A stretch of DNA of 64,000 bases from Octopus vulgaris (taxonomy: Eukaryota). The notes beneath the pieces are model-generated. The model saw nothing but the letters and a program-made list of their open reading frames with translations, was not told where the DNA came from and ran no database searches. Positions 62,976-64,000 of this stretch are shown in pieces. The stretch is taken from contig OX597838.1 of NCBI GenBank assembly GCA_951406725.2, positions 28,086,001 through 28,150,000 on the forward strand. Direction: 5' to 3'. Both the position numbers and the translations under genes were made by a program. The stretch's first letter is position 1; each line of letters opens with the position of its first letter.

Positions 62976-64000
62976 TTCTTTTCTACTCTAGGCACAAGGC
63001 CCGAAATTTTGGGGGAGAGGGCCAGTGGATTAGATCGACCCCAACATGCAACTGGTACTTAATTTATCGACCCCGAAAGGATGAAAGGCAAAGTTGACCT
63101 CGGCAGAATTTGAACTCAGAACATAAAGACAGGTCATCCAGTGTGCTAATGTTTCTGCCAGCTCACCAACTTAAAATGCTTATTGTATTATTTGTTTACA
63201 AAATAAGAGATAAAAAAAATTGTTAACTTCTATTATATTCATTATATATATTACGGAGATGTACTTGCATAGCGAGTGACTTGATCTGAGATCGTGTGCT
63301 GGAACGAAAACAACTGCAGCGTGGAAGTTGTTTATAAGCCATTTAAGAAACACACAATATAGGTGCTACCCTGCTCTCTTAGTCACTATTAGTGACAATT
63401 GAATTTTTCCTTTTTGGTTTTATATTGTCTAGACACCATTGTTATTTTCTATAAATAAATATTTACACTGACACACACACACTCAGGTATATGTAAAAAT
63501 GTCTGGCTTTAGGGAAATATTTCCTTAGAAATAGGTGAAGGCTGGTGACAGGAAGGGTATCCAACCATAGAAAAAATCCTACCTCAACAAATTCCCTGCT
63601 ACCCATGCAAGCATGGAAAAGTGGATATCTGGTGATGAGGATTTTATACATATATATATATATATATATATAAATCAAATGGAAATTGTAGTTAAGACAC
63701 CTGTGCTGGTGACACGTAAAAAGGCACCGTCCGAACGTGGCAGATGCCAGATCACCGTCCAAACGTGGCAGATGCCAGTGCCGCCTGACTGGCGTCCATG
63801 TCGGTGACATGCAAAAGCACCAACCGATCGTGGCTGTTTGCCAGCCTACTCTGGCCCCTGTGCCGGTGGTACGTAAAAAGACACCCACTACACTCACAAA
63901 GTGGTTGGCGTTAGGAAGGGCATCCAGCTGTAGAAACACTGCCAAATCAGACTAGAGCCTGGTGCAGCCTCCATGGCTTCCCAGACCCCAGTCGAACCGT

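Noticed and set aside
1-64000. Canonical ChoRE (CAYGNG-n5-CNCRTG) for Mondo autoregulation
   Set aside because: None found by eye; near matches such as catgtg-tgcat-gacatg at ~24258 are imperfect and lie in repeats. A PWM scan is needed to exclude it.

Overview
AT-rich, microsatellite- and retroposon-dense animal DNA, most likely a coleoid cephalopod (Octopus-like). That assignment is inferred from the SINE, RTE-tail and MITE families and the microsatellite load. None of the supplied ORFs is a real protein. Reading splice signals by eye reveals two short + strand coding exons, 49999-50105 and 59228-59301. Spliced, they encode (S)GKIVSPKWKPFKGMRLRGKEIVRLNNIIWREWFMQYIQNKKPVVCQFANPLPDDSHKRTE, part of the N-terminal glucose-sensing module of a Mondo/ChREBP (MLXIP/MLXIPL) transcription factor. 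The first ~50 kb therefore appears to be one very large intron of this gene, followed by a ~9.1 kb intron. That intron carries candidate non-coding or alternative first exons, which could make a ChREBP-beta-like isoform, plus RFX X-box-like motifs and mirror-image SINE arrays that could form dsRNA. It also carries an 18S rRNA 5' end captured inside a MITE, minimal hammerhead ribozymes in Penelope-like fragments, and several locally templated duplication or template-switch events. Repeat boundaries are approximate, read by eye.
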